The notes under the pieces are model-generated. The model saw nothing but the letters and a program-made list of their open reading frames with translations. It was not told the DNA's origin and did no database searches. A stretch of 64,000 bases of DNA from Parachlamydiales bacterium (GTDB lineage: Bacteria; Chlamydiota; Chlamydiia; Chlamydiales; SM23-39), in NCBI GenBank assembly GCA_050302075.1, contig JBNLAH010000005.1, positions 128,001 through 192,000 of the forward strand, written 5' to 3'. A program made the translations under genes and the position numbers. This document shows positions 1 to 9,868 of the stretch, in pieces (within the stretch, counting starts at the first letter, position 1; the number at the start of each line of letters is the position of its first letter).

Positions 1-1
1 G

Positions 2-199
2 CATAAGGATTTAGCTAGAAAGTATATGCATATGACGGCAAAGCAGGCAGCTTTAATTGCAAAACAAGCAAATGTTGAAAAATTGATCCTTACACACTTT
101 TCTGCTAGATATCAAGACCTTAGCCTATTTGAAAAAGAAGCGAAGGAGGTTTTTGAAAATGTTTATGTTGCTGAAGACTTTAAAAGGTTTTTATTTTAG
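2..199 (+). CDS. rnz: Ribonuclease Z, C-terminal part (gene begins before the window)
   Basis: Manual translation of frame 2 gives HKDLARKYMHMTAKQAALIAKQANVEKLILTHFSARY...AEDFKRFLF*. The HxT..A and LxLTHFSxRY motifs are typical of RNase Z/ElaC. Confidence 0.9.
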   Translation, partial: HKDLARKYMHMTAKQAALIAKQANVEKLILTHFSARYQDLSLFEKEAKEVFENVYVAEDFKRFLF

Positions 200-609
200 C
201 TTTCTTGAATATACATTTCTAGATGCTTGGCTAGTTCCTCAATCACATGTAAGTCTTTTTGGGTATGCCATGAAATAAATTTTTTCAAAGCAGTTAAGCT
301 GCGGTAATGACTTTCGTGTAGCTCAAGTAAAAGCTCACTCAAAGAATTGCTCTTTCCTCTAGCATCTTTAAACCAATTATTTACTCGAGAAAGGCTCTTA
401 GAAAACCTGGGACTGTGATGGAGTTGATCCATAGCTTTATCTAAATCAATGGCATTTTTTGCAAACATTGTAATCCATGAGTGGCTCGATGCTAATTTAA
501 GATCTTTTTGAAGTTCTTTTAAATCATTTAACACTAAAAGGGCCTTTTTCTTTGGCTCTATAGCTGGGTATTTACCAGGCCACCCGCTTATTGGGAGTAT
601 TTCGGTCAT
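196..609 (-). CDS. Hypothetical protein (137 aa, helical)
   Basis: ORF co-oriented downstream of folE with an ATG start. No motif recognised. Confidence 0.6.
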   Translation of the reverse strand: MTEILPISGWPGKYPAIEPKKKALLVLNDLKELQKDLKLASSHSWITMFAKNAIDLDKAMDQLHHSPRFSKSLSRVNNWFKDARGKSNSLSELLLELHESHYRSLTALKKFISWHTQKDLHVIEELAKHLEMYIQES

Positions 610-650
610 ATATTTCTTTTCTTTTTATAAATAATTAAATCCTTGTGATT

Positions 651-1277
651 CTATCTAGAACTTTTTAAGTAAAATTCATCTTGCAGAGCCTGCTCAGATT
701 GAAATTTACCAAAAAACTCAGATGTTATAGTTTTACTACTCGGATCCTTAACTCCTCTAAATTGCATACAAAAGTGTGTTAATTCAAAATATACAGCTAC
801 GTCAGGAGTGTCTAATACATTACTGATGCACTCGCAGACTTGATGAGTTAACCTTTCTTGTATTTGAGGCCTTTTTGAAAAATATTCGACCAATCGATTC
901 AACTTTGATAAGCCAATAATTTTCTTGGTTGGTATGTACGCTACATGAGCTATGCCGGTCATGGGTAAAAAGTGGTGCTCACAAATGCTTTGAACTAAAA
1001 TGTTTTTAGTTAAGATCATCCGATCTTTTGTAAAGGAACTACTAATCGGGATAAAAGTAAGTTTTGGGAAATTAGTGGGCAAAAGTCCTGAAAAAAGCTC
1101 AGTTACATACATTTTAGCAACTCTTTTTGGAGTATCTCTTATTGAAGGATCTTCTAAATCAAGGCCTAGTGTCAATAAGATCTTTTCCATATGCTCTTCA
1201 ATAATATTTATCTTTTCGTTTTTCGATAAATAAATGTCATCAGTTTTTGAGTTTTCTAAGAGAGTATTATTTGGCAT
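651..1277 (-). CDS. folE: GTP cyclohydrolase I
   Basis: Motifs DTPKRVAKMY, SICEHHFLP, GLSKLNR, RPQIQERLT and HFCMQFRGV (Zn ligands C/H/C). Confidence 0.97.
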   Translation of the reverse strand: MPNNTLLENSKTDDIYLSKNEKINIIEEHMEKILLTLGLDLEDPSIRDTPKRVAKMYVTELFSGLLPTNFPKLTFIPISSSFTKDRMILTKNILVQSICEHHFLPMTGIAHVAYIPTKKIIGLSKLNRLVEYFSKRPQIQERLTHQVCECISNVLDTPDVAVYFELTHFCMQFRGVKDPSSKTITSEFFGKFQSEQALQDEFYLKSSR

Positions 1278-2016
1278 ATGATTTAATGTGTTGTCTTCTA
1301 ATTTCTGCTGCAGCTATTGAGTATGCACATGCAACATTTATGGAGTTTTTCTTCCCATATAATGGGATATCAATAAAGTAATCAGTTCCTCTGAGAATCT
1401 CATCAGATATTCCGAACTCTTCGTTGCCTAAAATTAAAGTAAACGTTTCAGGAAAGATAAAATCGCTTACAGCTGTAGCATCAGTTGCAGTCTCCAGTGC
1501 TATCCAGGGCCTTGGAAGATCAAGTAAGTTATAATTGTTGTGACACTTAACGATACTTGATGCTCCCATAGAGGTTTTTATCACTTTGTTATTGTCTGTA
1601 AAAGGGGTCTTAACTCCAAAATAAAGATCTCCGATTCTGAGAGCTTCAGTAGTTCGTAGAATGCTTCCAACATTGTAAGCTGATCTAATATTGTCTAAAT
1701 ATATCGCAATATTTGAAAAGTCTAAAGTCGGGGTATGGTCTCCTTGGCGAATATGGGGTAAAAGATTATGTTCTTTAAGCTCAATGCTAGCATTTTTTAG
1801 ATGGTAGTGGTATCTATCCGATATTTGTTTTAAGTCGGAAGAGAGGTTTGCAAGCTCTAAGTTCATCCATTTTAAATATTTTAAATATTGGCTTTCGATT
1901 TCTTGGTAGTCATTTTTGCCAGTCAGTATTTTTTCATAAATACAACGTAAAATCTCTGCACATTTTTTATGTTGTTGTTTTAATTCAAGTCTCTCAAATT
2001 TTCTTGATGTGAACAT
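1267..2016 (-). CDS. TrmH/SpoU family RNA 2'-O-methyltransferase with N-terminal helical extension
   Basis: SPOUT motifs LDNIRSAYNVGSILRT, LILGNEEFGI and IPLYGKKNSINVA. Confidence 0.9.
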   Translation of the reverse strand: MFTSRKFERLELKQQHKKCAEILRCIYEKILTGKNDYQEIESQYLKYLKWMNLELANLSSDLKQISDRYHYHLKNASIELKEHNLLPHIRQGDHTPTLDFSNIAIYLDNIRSAYNVGSILRTTEALRIGDLYFGVKTPFTDNNKVIKTSMGASSIVKCHNNYNLLDLPRPWIALETATDATAVSDFIFPETFTLILGNEEFGISDEILRGTDYFIDIPLYGKKNSINVACAYSIAAAEIRRQHIKSYAK

Positions 2017-3599
2017 TATTTTGCTCGGCTTAATAAATATTCATCTAATGTTCCGTCAAAAACGATAGGGCCTGTGCTTTCTAGTGCAATAATTTTAGTT
2101 GCAAAGCGGTTAATTAAATCCCTGTCGTGAGTTGCTACAATAGCGGTTCCTTGAAATTCTTCAAGCCCCCATGCCAGAGCGGATACGGACTCCAAGTCCA
2201 AGTGATTGTTAGGTTCGTCCAAAACAACGGTGTTTGGCTCGTTTAACATAAGCATTGCCAAAATGAGTCTGGCTGTTTCACCTCCTGACAAGGCAGATAT
2301 CGGCTTAAACGCATCATCGCCACCAAACAGCAGCTTTCCTAGGACACTGCGAATTTCTACATCATAGACTTCGGCTTTCTTGTCTTTTAACCAATCAAAA
2401 AGTGTAGTTTTCGATTCTTTATCTACAACGTCTTGGTGGTTTTGGGGAAAGTATCCCATTTTTACATTGTGCCCAACAATTATATCGCCAGATGTTGGAT
2501 GTATTTCCTTCGCCAATAATTTCAATAGTGTACTTTTCCCGATCCCATTACTTCCAATAACCGCTACTTTGTCGCCTCTATGTATTTCAAAGCTGAAATT
2601 TTTAAAAATCTGTTTTTCTTCAAAATTAATGCTAATATTTTTTACATTAAAAACGACTTGTCCTGAAGTTATTTCAGGAGGAGTAAATCTAATGTAAGGT
2701 CTTTGTATGTTAGATTTTTTTAAATCTTGCGGTTGAAGTTTTTGGATTTCTTTTACTCTAGACTGGACTTGACTTGCCCTAGTTCCTGCTCCAAACTTTG
2801 CCACAAACTCTTTTAGTTGAGAAATTTTCTTCTCTTTTGCTTTGTTCTCATTTTCAGCTTTTTCCCTTACGGATGTTTTAGTGACAAGCATTTGATCGTA
2901 GTTCCCGGGGTAGAAAATAATTGTCTCGTAATCAATATCTGCAATTGTTGTAGTTATGGCATTTAAAAAAAAGCGGTCGTGAGAAACTACAATTAAGGCC
3001 CCTTTGTAGTTGATCAAAAAATCTTCTAACCAGCTAATTGTTTGCATATCTAAATGGTTTGTAGGCTCGTCCAATATCAATGCTTGTGGATCTCCGAATA
3101 AAGCTTGGCAAAGCAATGAGCGGAACTGGAAATCAGTAGGAACCGATTTCATTTTGACATTGTGGAACTCTTTTGCAATTCCCATACCAATTAAAAGCAC
3201 TTCAGCGTCAGCTTCTGCGCTATATCCATTTTCCTCTGCGATAATTTCTTCTAAATCCCCGAGTCTCATTCCAATTTTATCTGTCATCTCCACCTCGTAT
3301 AGGGAATCCCTCTCGCTCATGGCGCTCCAGAGCTTAGTATTTCCCATGATGACGGTATCAATCAAAGAATACTCTTCAAATTCTTCAATATTTTGTTTTA
3401 AATACCCGATTTTCTCAGGCAGAGAAACAGTTCCTGAGGTTGGAGGTTCAATCCCCATTATAATTTTTAATAGCGTGGACTTACCAGCACCATTAGGTCC
3501 AGTTAAGCCATATCGGCACCCATCGTTGAATGTCATAGTGACATTGTCAAATAAAACTCGTGTACCAATTTTTTTTGAGACAGAATCTAGTGTTATCAT
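2016..3599 (-). CDS. ABC-F family ATP-binding protein (ribosome-associated, YbiT-like)
   Basis: Two ABC domains (GPNGAGKST...LDEPTNHLD; GSNGIGKST...LSGGE...LDEPNNHLD) and no transmembrane segments. Confidence 0.93.
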   Translation of the reverse strand: MITLDSVSKKIGTRVLFDNVTMTFNDGCRYGLTGPNGAGKSTLLKIIMGIEPPTSGTVSLPEKIGYLKQNIEEFEEYSLIDTVIMGNTKLWSAMSERDSLYEVEMTDKIGMRLGDLEEIIAEENGYSAEADAEVLLIGMGIAKEFHNVKMKSVPTDFQFRSLLCQALFGDPQALILDEPTNHLDMQTISWLEDFLINYKGALIVVSHDRFFLNAITTTIADIDYETIIFYPGNYDQMLVTKTSVREKAENENKAKEKKISQLKEFVAKFGAGTRASQVQSRVKEIQKLQPQDLKKSNIQRPYIRFTPPEITSGQVVFNVKNISINFEEKQIFKNFSFEIHRGDKVAVIGSNGIGKSTLLKLLAKEIHPTSGDIIVGHNVKMGYFPQNHQDVVDKESKTTLFDWLKDKKAEVYDVEIRSVLGKLLFGGDDAFKPISALSGGETARLILAMLMLNEPNTVVLDEPNNHLDLESVSALAWGLEEFQGTAIVATHDRDLINRFATKIIALESTGPIVFDGTLDEYLLSRAK

Positions 3600-3797
3600 T
3601 CGAAAAAAAATACTTTAATTTGAAAAATACAATTATGGTAACAAAATGATAAAATATTCAAAAGCTTTCGATTTATTTTAAGGTGAGTTTCTGTAAACTA
3701 GATTTTTTAGTTCATAGCTAAAAGTGATTCAAACATTTAAAAAAAATGCAGTCAGTGTAATAATAATAGGCACTTATAAAGAAAAGTAATAAAAAAA

Positions 3798-4091
3798 GTG
3801 ATAAATTATTTAATTCGCCCAAAGCAACAGCCAAGCTCAGGCTGGCATGTTTTTAACTCTTTAAGTAACCTTGATAAAATCCAAAGACAGTTAAACGTTG
3901 GCTTAAAGGTTTTGTCAATGCTTGGAATGGTTTTTTCAGCTATGACTGGGTTTTATAGTTTTCAATTTATTGCAACATCGGTAAATTCGGTTGAACACTC
4001 ATTAGCCATTGGAGCATTTTTAACGAGCGTTATTTCATTTGCTCGGCTAGCTAAATATAGCTATATTCACTCGTTTTATGAAAAGGTCTGA
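3798..4091 (+). CDS. Small hypothetical membrane protein (two hydrophobic segments)
   Basis: 97-aa ORF with a GTG start and two hydrophobic stretches. It overlaps the mntR start by 14 nt. Confidence 0.5.
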   Translation: MINYLIRPKQQPSSGWHVFNSLSNLDKIQRQLNVGLKVLSMLGMVFSAMTGFYSFQFIATSVNSVEHSLAIGAFLTSVISFARLAKYSYIHSFYEKV

Positions 4092-4479
4092 TTCTTTTAT
4101 AACAAAAAGACAGAGGAGTCTAAAAGAAGCTGCGGAAGATTACACGGAGCTTATCGAAGACTTTATTCAAAATAAAGGTGAAGCAAGAGTCTGTGATCTT
4201 GCAAAAGAAATGGGGATATCCCATGTTACAGTTATTAGGACTTTAGCAAGGCTAGAGGCAGAAGGCTATTTAAAAACATCACCTAGAAATCCTATTGATT
4301 TGACTCAAAAAGGTAAAAAACTAGCAAAATCAAGTAAAAAAAGGCATGAAACCATCTATTCATTTTTATTAAAAATAGGGGTTTCAAAACAAAATGCCCA
4401 AAATGATGTCGAGGGGATTGAGCATCATATAAGTGATGAAACATTATCTAGAATAACAGACCTTTTAAAAAAACTTTAG
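4078..4479 (+). CDS. mntR: Manganese-dependent transcriptional regulator, DtxR/MntR family
   Basis: EDYTELI...GEARVCDLAKEMGISHVTV winged HTH, plus RHE and DVEGIEHHIS metal-binding motifs. No SH3/FeoA domain, as in E. coli-type MntR. Confidence 0.88.
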   Translation: MKRSDSFITKRQRSLKEAAEDYTELIEDFIQNKGEARVCDLAKEMGISHVTVIRTLARLEAEGYLKTSPRNPIDLTQKGKKLAKSSKKRHETIYSFLLKIGVSKQNAQNDVEGIEHHISDETLSRITDLLKKL

Positions 4480-4571
4480 GACACTAGCTATACTTTATAT
4501 CTGATTAGCAAAGAAAATTAATATTAAAGTTCTCCTTGTGATAAAATGATGAAAACGAAGGGGAGGTTGCT

Positions 4572-5480
4572 TTGGATTTTTTAGAGGGCGTAAAGCAGTT
4601 TGTTGATCACTTGAAGTTTGTTAAAAATGTATCTGAGCATACCATTAGGTCATATAATATTGACCTTAACTTTTTTTACTCAGAGCTTTCTAAAAAATAT
4701 AGTTCTTTAAAAATTGAAATGGTGAAAAAACTTGATGTCAGGGATTTTTTAAACATTCTTTATATAAAAAAAGAAAAAGTAGCTACGATTTCACGTAGAC
4801 TTTCTACTTTAAGGTCTTTTTATAGGTTTGCATTAAAAAACGAATGGATAAAAGAAAATCCACTTATTGAGATCCATTCGCCAAAAAGTGAAAAAAAACT
4901 CCCAGTTACTCTTACATATTCACAAGTTGAAAGCTTACTCCAACAGCCAGATTTAACTTCTTATCTAGGTTTTAGGGATCGAGCTATCATGGAACTTTTC
5001 TATAGCTCAGGTCTTAGACTTTCAGAATTAGTTTCATTGAATAGAGATGATTTGAACCTTTCGCAGTTGATGGTCAAGGTAAAAGGAAAGGGTAAAAAAC
5101 AAAGGGTAATTCCAATCACACAAACTGCAAAAAAATGGATTTTGGAATATTTGCAACATCCTCTAAGACAACTAGATTCCAAAGAACATAAAGCTCAAGT
5201 CGACTCAAAAGCCGTGTTTTTGAATAAGTGGGGAAAGCGAATCTCGCCTAGGTCAATTGATAGAAATTTTAATAAATATTTATTGATGTCCAACCTTTCT
5301 ACGAAAGTGACCCCTCATAAAATTAGACATACGATAGCAACTCATTGGCTGGAAAATGGTATGGATTTAAAAACAATTCAGCAATTATTGGGACATGAAG
5401 TCTTATCTACAACTACAATCTATACACATGTCTCGACAAAACTTAAGAAAGAAGTCTATAAAAAAACTTTTTCTAGATAA
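4572..5480 (+). CDS. xerC: Tyrosine recombinase XerC
   Basis: SAM-like N-terminus (SEHTIRSY), RDRAIMELFYSSGLRLSEL, KGKGKKQR, HKIRHTIATHWL and LLGH...TTTIYTHV. The R-K-H-R-H-Y catalytic set is intact. TTG start. Confidence 0.9.
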   Translation: MDFLEGVKQFVDHLKFVKNVSEHTIRSYNIDLNFFYSELSKKYSSLKIEMVKKLDVRDFLNILYIKKEKVATISRRLSTLRSFYRFALKNEWIKENPLIEIHSPKSEKKLPVTLTYSQVESLLQQPDLTSYLGFRDRAIMELFYSSGLRLSELVSLNRDDLNLSQLMVKVKGKGKKQRVIPITQTAKKWILEYLQHPLRQLDSKEHKAQVDSKAVFLNKWGKRISPRSIDRNFNKYLLMSNLSTKVTPHKIRHTIATHWLENGMDLKTIQQLLGHEVLSTTTIYTHVSTKLKKEVYKKTFSR

Positions 5481-5507
5481 AAAAAAGGGCAGATTAAATC
5501 TGCCCTT
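5479..5507. terminator. Intrinsic terminator for rnpB (minus strand); may also end xerC
   Basis: Inverted repeat AAGGGCAGAT-taa-ATCTGCCCTT preceded by an A-run (U-run on the minus strand), between convergent xerC and rnpB. Confidence 0.8.
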
Positions 5508-5508
5508 C

Positions 5509-5852
5509 GGAAAAACTGTAAGCCGGATTCTGTAAGCAATAAGGTTGCTTTGCAGTCATTCATCTAGGGATTTTGTCGCCAAAATCCTCAAGCGATCTAC
5601 TTAAGCTAAAGCCTGGAGACAGCTTATATTAGCTATATTTGATCTTGCTTCAGATGGGGTTTATAATCATTCTTAAGTTGCCTTAAGAGGCTCGGCTCTT
5701 TAAGCCGAGTTTTCACTCTGTCCACAATGTGGCGATTTGTTTTCTGTTACACTTTCCGTAGCCTTTCGGCCCCCAGTATTTCGCTGGCATCCTCTCCTGT
5801 GAAGTCCAGACTTTCCTCTTTTAGAAGTCTAAAAGCGACTGCACGTTTTTCC
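5509..5852 (-). ncRNA. rnpB: RNase P RNA (type A)
   Basis: The reverse complement contains GAGGAAAGTCTGGAC, GGAAAGTGTAACAGAAA, TAGATGAATGACTGC and ACAGAATCCGGCTTA. The ends GGAAAAAC / GTTTTTCC pair as P1. Confidence 0.96.
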
Positions 5853-6617
5853 TTAAACTTTTGCAAGCCTGCGTCTTCTTCTTTTTGTTGAATCCGTACC
5901 TTCTGTAGGTTCTATTTCTGACCAGAAGTGTATTCTAGAGCAGTGTTCACAGAAAATTAATCTTTCGCCTTTTCTGACCAGGTTCTCGTGTTGAGCTGTT
6001 AAGCTGATGTGGCACCCGCTACAAGTTCTATTTTCAATAGGGACTATTACTCTGTCTTTTTTGTTTTGCAGTAGTCTTTCATAGATTTTTAGCACTTCTT
6101 CGTCAGCACCTTGAGCTAGAACATCTCTTTTGAGTTTGAGTTCTTTGCCTTCCGTATTAATTGTCTGGATTGAAGCCCTAATTTCACTTAATAGGGTTTG
6201 AGAGCTCTCTTCAGATTCTTTTAAAGATCCTTTGATCTTTTCTAAGATCTCTTCTTCTAAATTTCTTTTGTCGATTAAGTCAGATGCAATCTGTTCAGTT
6301 GCTGACTTTTCCCTTTCAGATTGAGTAAGTTCTTGGGTTAAGGCATTAAATTCATCAACCTTTTTAACATTTAATTGTTTGGCTTCAAGTTGCTTGATTC
6401 TCTCTTCAATTTCAACAATCTTAGTTTCTTGATTGGAAATATTCTGGTTAAGTTCAGATATTTCATTTTCTTTTTCTTCTAGCTGAGCTTGAAGATCTCG
6501 GCGAAGTGAGTCAATATGGTCCAGTTCCTTTTGGCGCTCTTTTTTTAGGCGCATTAGGCGGATCATCTTCATATCAAATTCTTGTATATCAATAATTTTT
6601 TTTAAACTTTCTAGCAT
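5853..6617 (-). CDS. cdsZ: Coiled-coil/zinc-ribbon protein, CT398/CdsZ (FlgZ-like)
   Basis: Long coiled coil ending in CSGCH...CEHCSRI zinc ribbon and a basic tail. The N-terminus IIDIQEFDMKMIRLMR matches my recollection of chlamydial CT398. Confidence 0.88.
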   Translation of the reverse strand: MLESLKKIIDIQEFDMKMIRLMRLKKERQKELDHIDSLRRDLQAQLEEKENEISELNQNISNQETKIVEIEERIKQLEAKQLNVKKVDEFNALTQELTQSEREKSATEQIASDLIDKRNLEEEILEKIKGSLKESEESSQTLLSEIRASIQTINTEGKELKLKRDVLAQGADEEVLKIYERLLQNKKDRVIVPIENRTCSGCHISLTAQHENLVRKGERLIFCEHCSRIHFWSEIEPTEGTDSTKRRRRRLAKV

Positions 6618-6899
6618 ATTACCTCAGAGGATCAGAATAAGAGTTTTATATTTATGACGTCACAAGAACTTTATATCTATTTAGAGATTCATTCAAGACA
6701 AAATCTTTTTTCAATGGCCAAAAAGGATGAAAAGATGTTTGTAAATTTTTTACTTACATCAACTTTGGCTAAAAGCAAATTGCAACGTAGCGATCAAACA
6801 CTTCTTGTTTAAAACCGTCTAAATCTAGTAGATTTAAGGTTCAAATGCAATTTCGCTTCAAAAAAAGTTATTCAAAGCTTGAATTCAGAGGAGTTTTTA

Positions 6900-8420
6900 A
6901 TGGGATTTTTAAATAGGTATCTAGAAAACATACCAAAAGAAAGTAGAAGTTCAAAGGCTATTGCCTTTATGGCCTCATTAGATGCAATTCAACAATCTCA
7001 TCCATTAATTAGCAAAGAGATTGTAAAAGAGCTCTTTGACCAAAGGTCCCATTTGAAACTGATTGCATCGGAGAATTTTAGTTCATTAGAAGTCCAGTTA
7101 GCAATGGGCAACCTTTTTACCGATAAATATAGTGAAGGGTTTGTAGACCACCGCTTTTATGCAGGATGCGAACAAGTAGATAATATCGAAAGACATGCAA
7201 ATAACTTAGCAAAAGAGCTTTTTAATGCCGAGCATGCTTATGTACAGCCTCATTCGGGAGCTGATGCTAATCTTGTTGCTCTGTGGTCTGTATTAGTTCA
7301 AAGAGTTCAGAGTAAAGAGTTGGAAAGGCTTTCTCAAAAAACAATAGATGAGCTTACTGATGAAGAACATGAGCAAGTTAGAACTGCTTTGGTTTCCCAA
7401 AAAGTTATGGGAATGTCTTTAAACTCTGGAGGACACTTAACTCATGGATATCGTCATAATGTAACAGCTAAAATGATGCATTCATTTCCTTATGATGTTG
7501 ATCCAGAAACCGGTTTAATTGATTATGCAGCTTTACAAAAACAAGCAGAGGAAGTTAGGCCATTAATTTTAATTGCAGGGTATTCTTCTTACCCCAGATT
7601 AATTGACTTTGCAAAAATGAGGGAAATTGCAGACTCTGTTGGAGCAGTTCTTTTAGTCGACATGGCCCATTTTGCTGGGTTAGTAGCAGGTAAGGTAATT
7701 CAAGGGAATTATAACCCTATACCTTTTGCGCATATTGTGACTTCGACTACACATAAGACTCTTAGAGGGCCTAGAGGGGGACTTATCTTATGCACAAATG
7801 AATTTAAGGAAGTTGTTGATAAGGGATGTCCATTGGTTTTAGGCGGGCCAATGCCTCATGTAATAGCTGCAAAAGCAGTTGCATTCGAAGAGGCAAAAAG
7901 ACCAGAGTTTAGCTTATATGCTCATCAGATTGTTAAAAACTCTAAAGCTTTGGCAGAAGAATTGGCTAAGCAAGGGGGGCCTTTAGTTAGTAATGGCACT
8001 GATAATCACTTGATTGTTATGGATGTGCAAAAGGGTTTCGGAGTTTCAGGAAGACAGGCTGAGCTTGCTTTAAGAAAGGCAATGTTGACTTGTAACCGCA
8101 ATTCTATTCCATGTGACAAAAATGGACCATGGTACACTTCTGGAATAAGACTTGGAACAGCTGCCGTCACAACGCTTGGAATGAAAGAAGATCAAATGAC
8201 TGAGATTGCAAAAATTATCGCTCAGGTTTTAAAATCTACAACGCCTACTAATACGAAAGAAGGTAAGTTGTCTAAAGCAAAATTTGAGATTGAGGATAAA
8301 ATTTTACAACAATCTCAAAAACAAGTAGAAGAAATATTAAAAGGATTTCCTCTTTATCCTGAATTGAGCATTTTTGAGGAAAATACCTTGAAAAAAACTG
8401 AAACTGCAAGCAAATTATGA
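6900..8420 (+). CDS. glyA: Serine hydroxymethyltransferase (long chlamydial form); start taken as ATG 6900 rather than TTG 6879
   Basis: Motifs [34 protein letters not shown] and [12 protein letters not shown] (PLP lysine). A GAGGAG SD sequence precedes 6900. Confidence 0.97.
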   Translation: MGFLNRYLENIPKESRSSKAIAFMASLDAIQQSHPLISKEIVKELFDQRSHLKLIASENFSSLEVQLAMGNLFTDKYSEGFVDHRFYAGCEQVDNIERHANNLAKELFNAEHAYVQPHSGADANLVALWSVLVQRVQSKELERLSQKTIDELTDEEHEQVRTALVSQKVMGMSLNSGGHLTHGYRHNVTAKMMHSFPYDVDPETGLIDYAALQKQAEEVRPLILIAGYSSYPRLIDFAKMREIADSVGAVLLVDMAHFAGLVAGKVIQGNYNPIPFAHIVTSTTHKTLRGPRGGLILCTNEFKEVVDKGCPLVLGGPMPHVIAAKAVAFEEAKRPEFSLYAHQIVKNSKALAEELAKQGGPLVSNGTDNHLIVMDVQKGFGVSGRQAELALRKAMLTCNRNSIPCDKNGPWYTSGIRLGTAAVTTLGMKEDQMTEIAKIIAQVLKSTTPTNTKEGKLSKAKFEIEDKILQQSQKQVEEILKGFPLYPELSIFEENTLKKTETASKL

Positions 8421-8439
8421 GTTAGATATAGGGGATTTT

Positions 8440-9030
8440 ATGCCAGAAAACGAATTAAAAAGTCTAGAAGACAGAATAGAAAAGGCTCAACTTTCAAACA
8501 GAAGAGTATTCTTATCTGATCAAGTTGATCAAAATAGTGCTAAAGATATTATTAGGAAGCTTTGGTATCTTGAGTGGGAAAATCCTGGTAAACCAATTCT
8601 TTTTATAATCAACTCACCTGGAGGGTCTGTTGATGCTGGTTTTGCAATCTGGGATACTGTCAAACTGCTATCGAGTCCCGTTATAACTTTAGTTACTGGA
8701 CTGGCAGCTTCTATGGGCTCACTTTTAAGTTTGTCTGCAACTAAAGGTAAGCGACTAGCGACACCTTATGCCAGAATCATGATTCACCAGCCATTGATCG
8801 GTGGTGTTATTAAAGGTCAAGCAACAGATCTAGAAATCCAAGCAAAAGAGATGCTTAAAACCAGATCAATCATTGTTAGTATCTACGCTGAATCTACAGG
8901 TAAAACTAAAGAGGAGATTGATCGATCATTGGACAGGGACAACTGGATGACAAGTGACGAAGCTAAAGATTTTGGTCTTCTAGATGGGATAGTCTCAAGT
9001 GGAAAAGACTTAGAGAAGTTCTTAAAATAA
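8440..9030 (+). CDS. clpP: ATP-dependent Clp protease proteolytic subunit (ClpP1 type)
   Basis: Motifs [22 protein letters not shown] and DRDNWM. Sits in the glyA-clpP-dapF order seen in Chlamydia. Confidence 0.95.
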   Translation: MPENELKSLEDRIEKAQLSNRRVFLSDQVDQNSAKDIIRKLWYLEWENPGKPILFIINSPGGSVDAGFAIWDTVKLLSSPVITLVTGLAASMGSLLSLSATKGKRLATPYARIMIHQPLIGGVIKGQATDLEIQAKEMLKTRSIIVSIYAESTGKTKEEIDRSLDRDNWMTSDEAKDFGLLDGIVSSGKDLEKFLK

Positions 9031-9034
9031 TTTA

Positions 9035-9868
9035 ATGTCTTATCCATTTTTTTTCAAATATCAACAATCTGGAAATGACTTTGTAATTTTAGATGATAGA
9101 GCTACTTTATTTCCGTTAAGTAGTTCCTTCATTAGTCATATCTGCGATCGAAAATTTGGAGTTGGTGCTGATGGGTTGATCTTACTTCAAAATTCCATTA
9201 AGAATGATTTCAAGATGCGAATCTTTAATTCGGATGGAAATGAGGCTGAAAGTTGCGGAAATGGAATTTGCTGCCTTGCTAAATTTATCAAAGACCAAAG
9301 CCTAATGCTTGACGAGAAAGTCACTTTAGAGTTGACTGACTCGTTAGTAAATATTATTTATAGAGATAATGACATTTTGGTTCAAATGGGTAGGCCTTCT
9401 GAATTTAAATTTAATCAAACAATTAGCATTGATAAAGGGGATTTAACTTACCACTTTATGAATACAGGTGTTCCTCACTTTGTATCATTTATTGAGAATG
9501 TTAGAAATTTTGATTTAAAGCAAATTGGGCCCAGCATTAGAAACCACGAGAATTTTATGCCAAGCGGTACAAATGTTAATTTTGCTGAGTTAAATAAAGA
9601 TCAGGAAATTGCTGTTAGAACATATGAGAGAGGGGTTGAAGGGGAGACCTTAGCTTGTGGTACCGGTGCATGCGCTGTAGCATTAATAGCCTCTTTTATA
9701 TATAATCTACCGAGCCCTATTAAAATTTGTCATCCGGGTGGAAAACTAACGGTTCATTTTGAAAGAAATCAAGATGATTTTAAAAATGTATCAATAGTTG
9801 GTCGAGCTGAAAAAGTTTATAGTGGGCAGTTGATAATGAACAATAATGATGGAGAAACGATATGTTAA
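9035..9868 (+). CDS. dapF: Diaminopimelate epimerase
   Basis: Motifs GNDF, GVGADG, NSDG..AESCGNG, NTGVPH and ERGVEGETLACGTG (both catalytic Cys present). Confidence 0.96.
   Translation: MSYPFFFKYQQSGNDFVILDDRATLFPLSSSFISHICDRKFGVGADGLILLQNSIKNDFKMRIFNSDGNEAESCGNGICCLAKFIKDQSLMLDEKVTLELTDSLVNIIYRDNDILVQMGRPSEFKFNQTISIDKGDLTYHFMNTGVPHFVSFIENVRNFDLKQIGPSIRNHENFMPSGTNVNFAELNKDQEIAVRTYERGVEGETLACGTGACAVALIASFIYNLPSPIKICHPGGKLTVHFERNQDDFKNVSIVGRAEKVYSGQLIMNNNDGETIC

Noticed and set aside
3010..3618. 202-aa plus-strand ORF and similar shadow ORFs (e.g. 17770-18342, 27637-28044, 45935-46357, 49884-50279, 61036-61473)
   Set aside because: They lie antisense to or inside well-supported genes and have Ser/Phe/Ile-rich composition typical of reverse-frame translation, with no motifs.
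4572..5480. Tyrosine recombinase next to an RNA gene as a prophage or island integrase
   Set aside because: Length and motifs fit housekeeping XerC. I saw no att-like duplication of the rnpB end and no phage or plasmid genes nearby.
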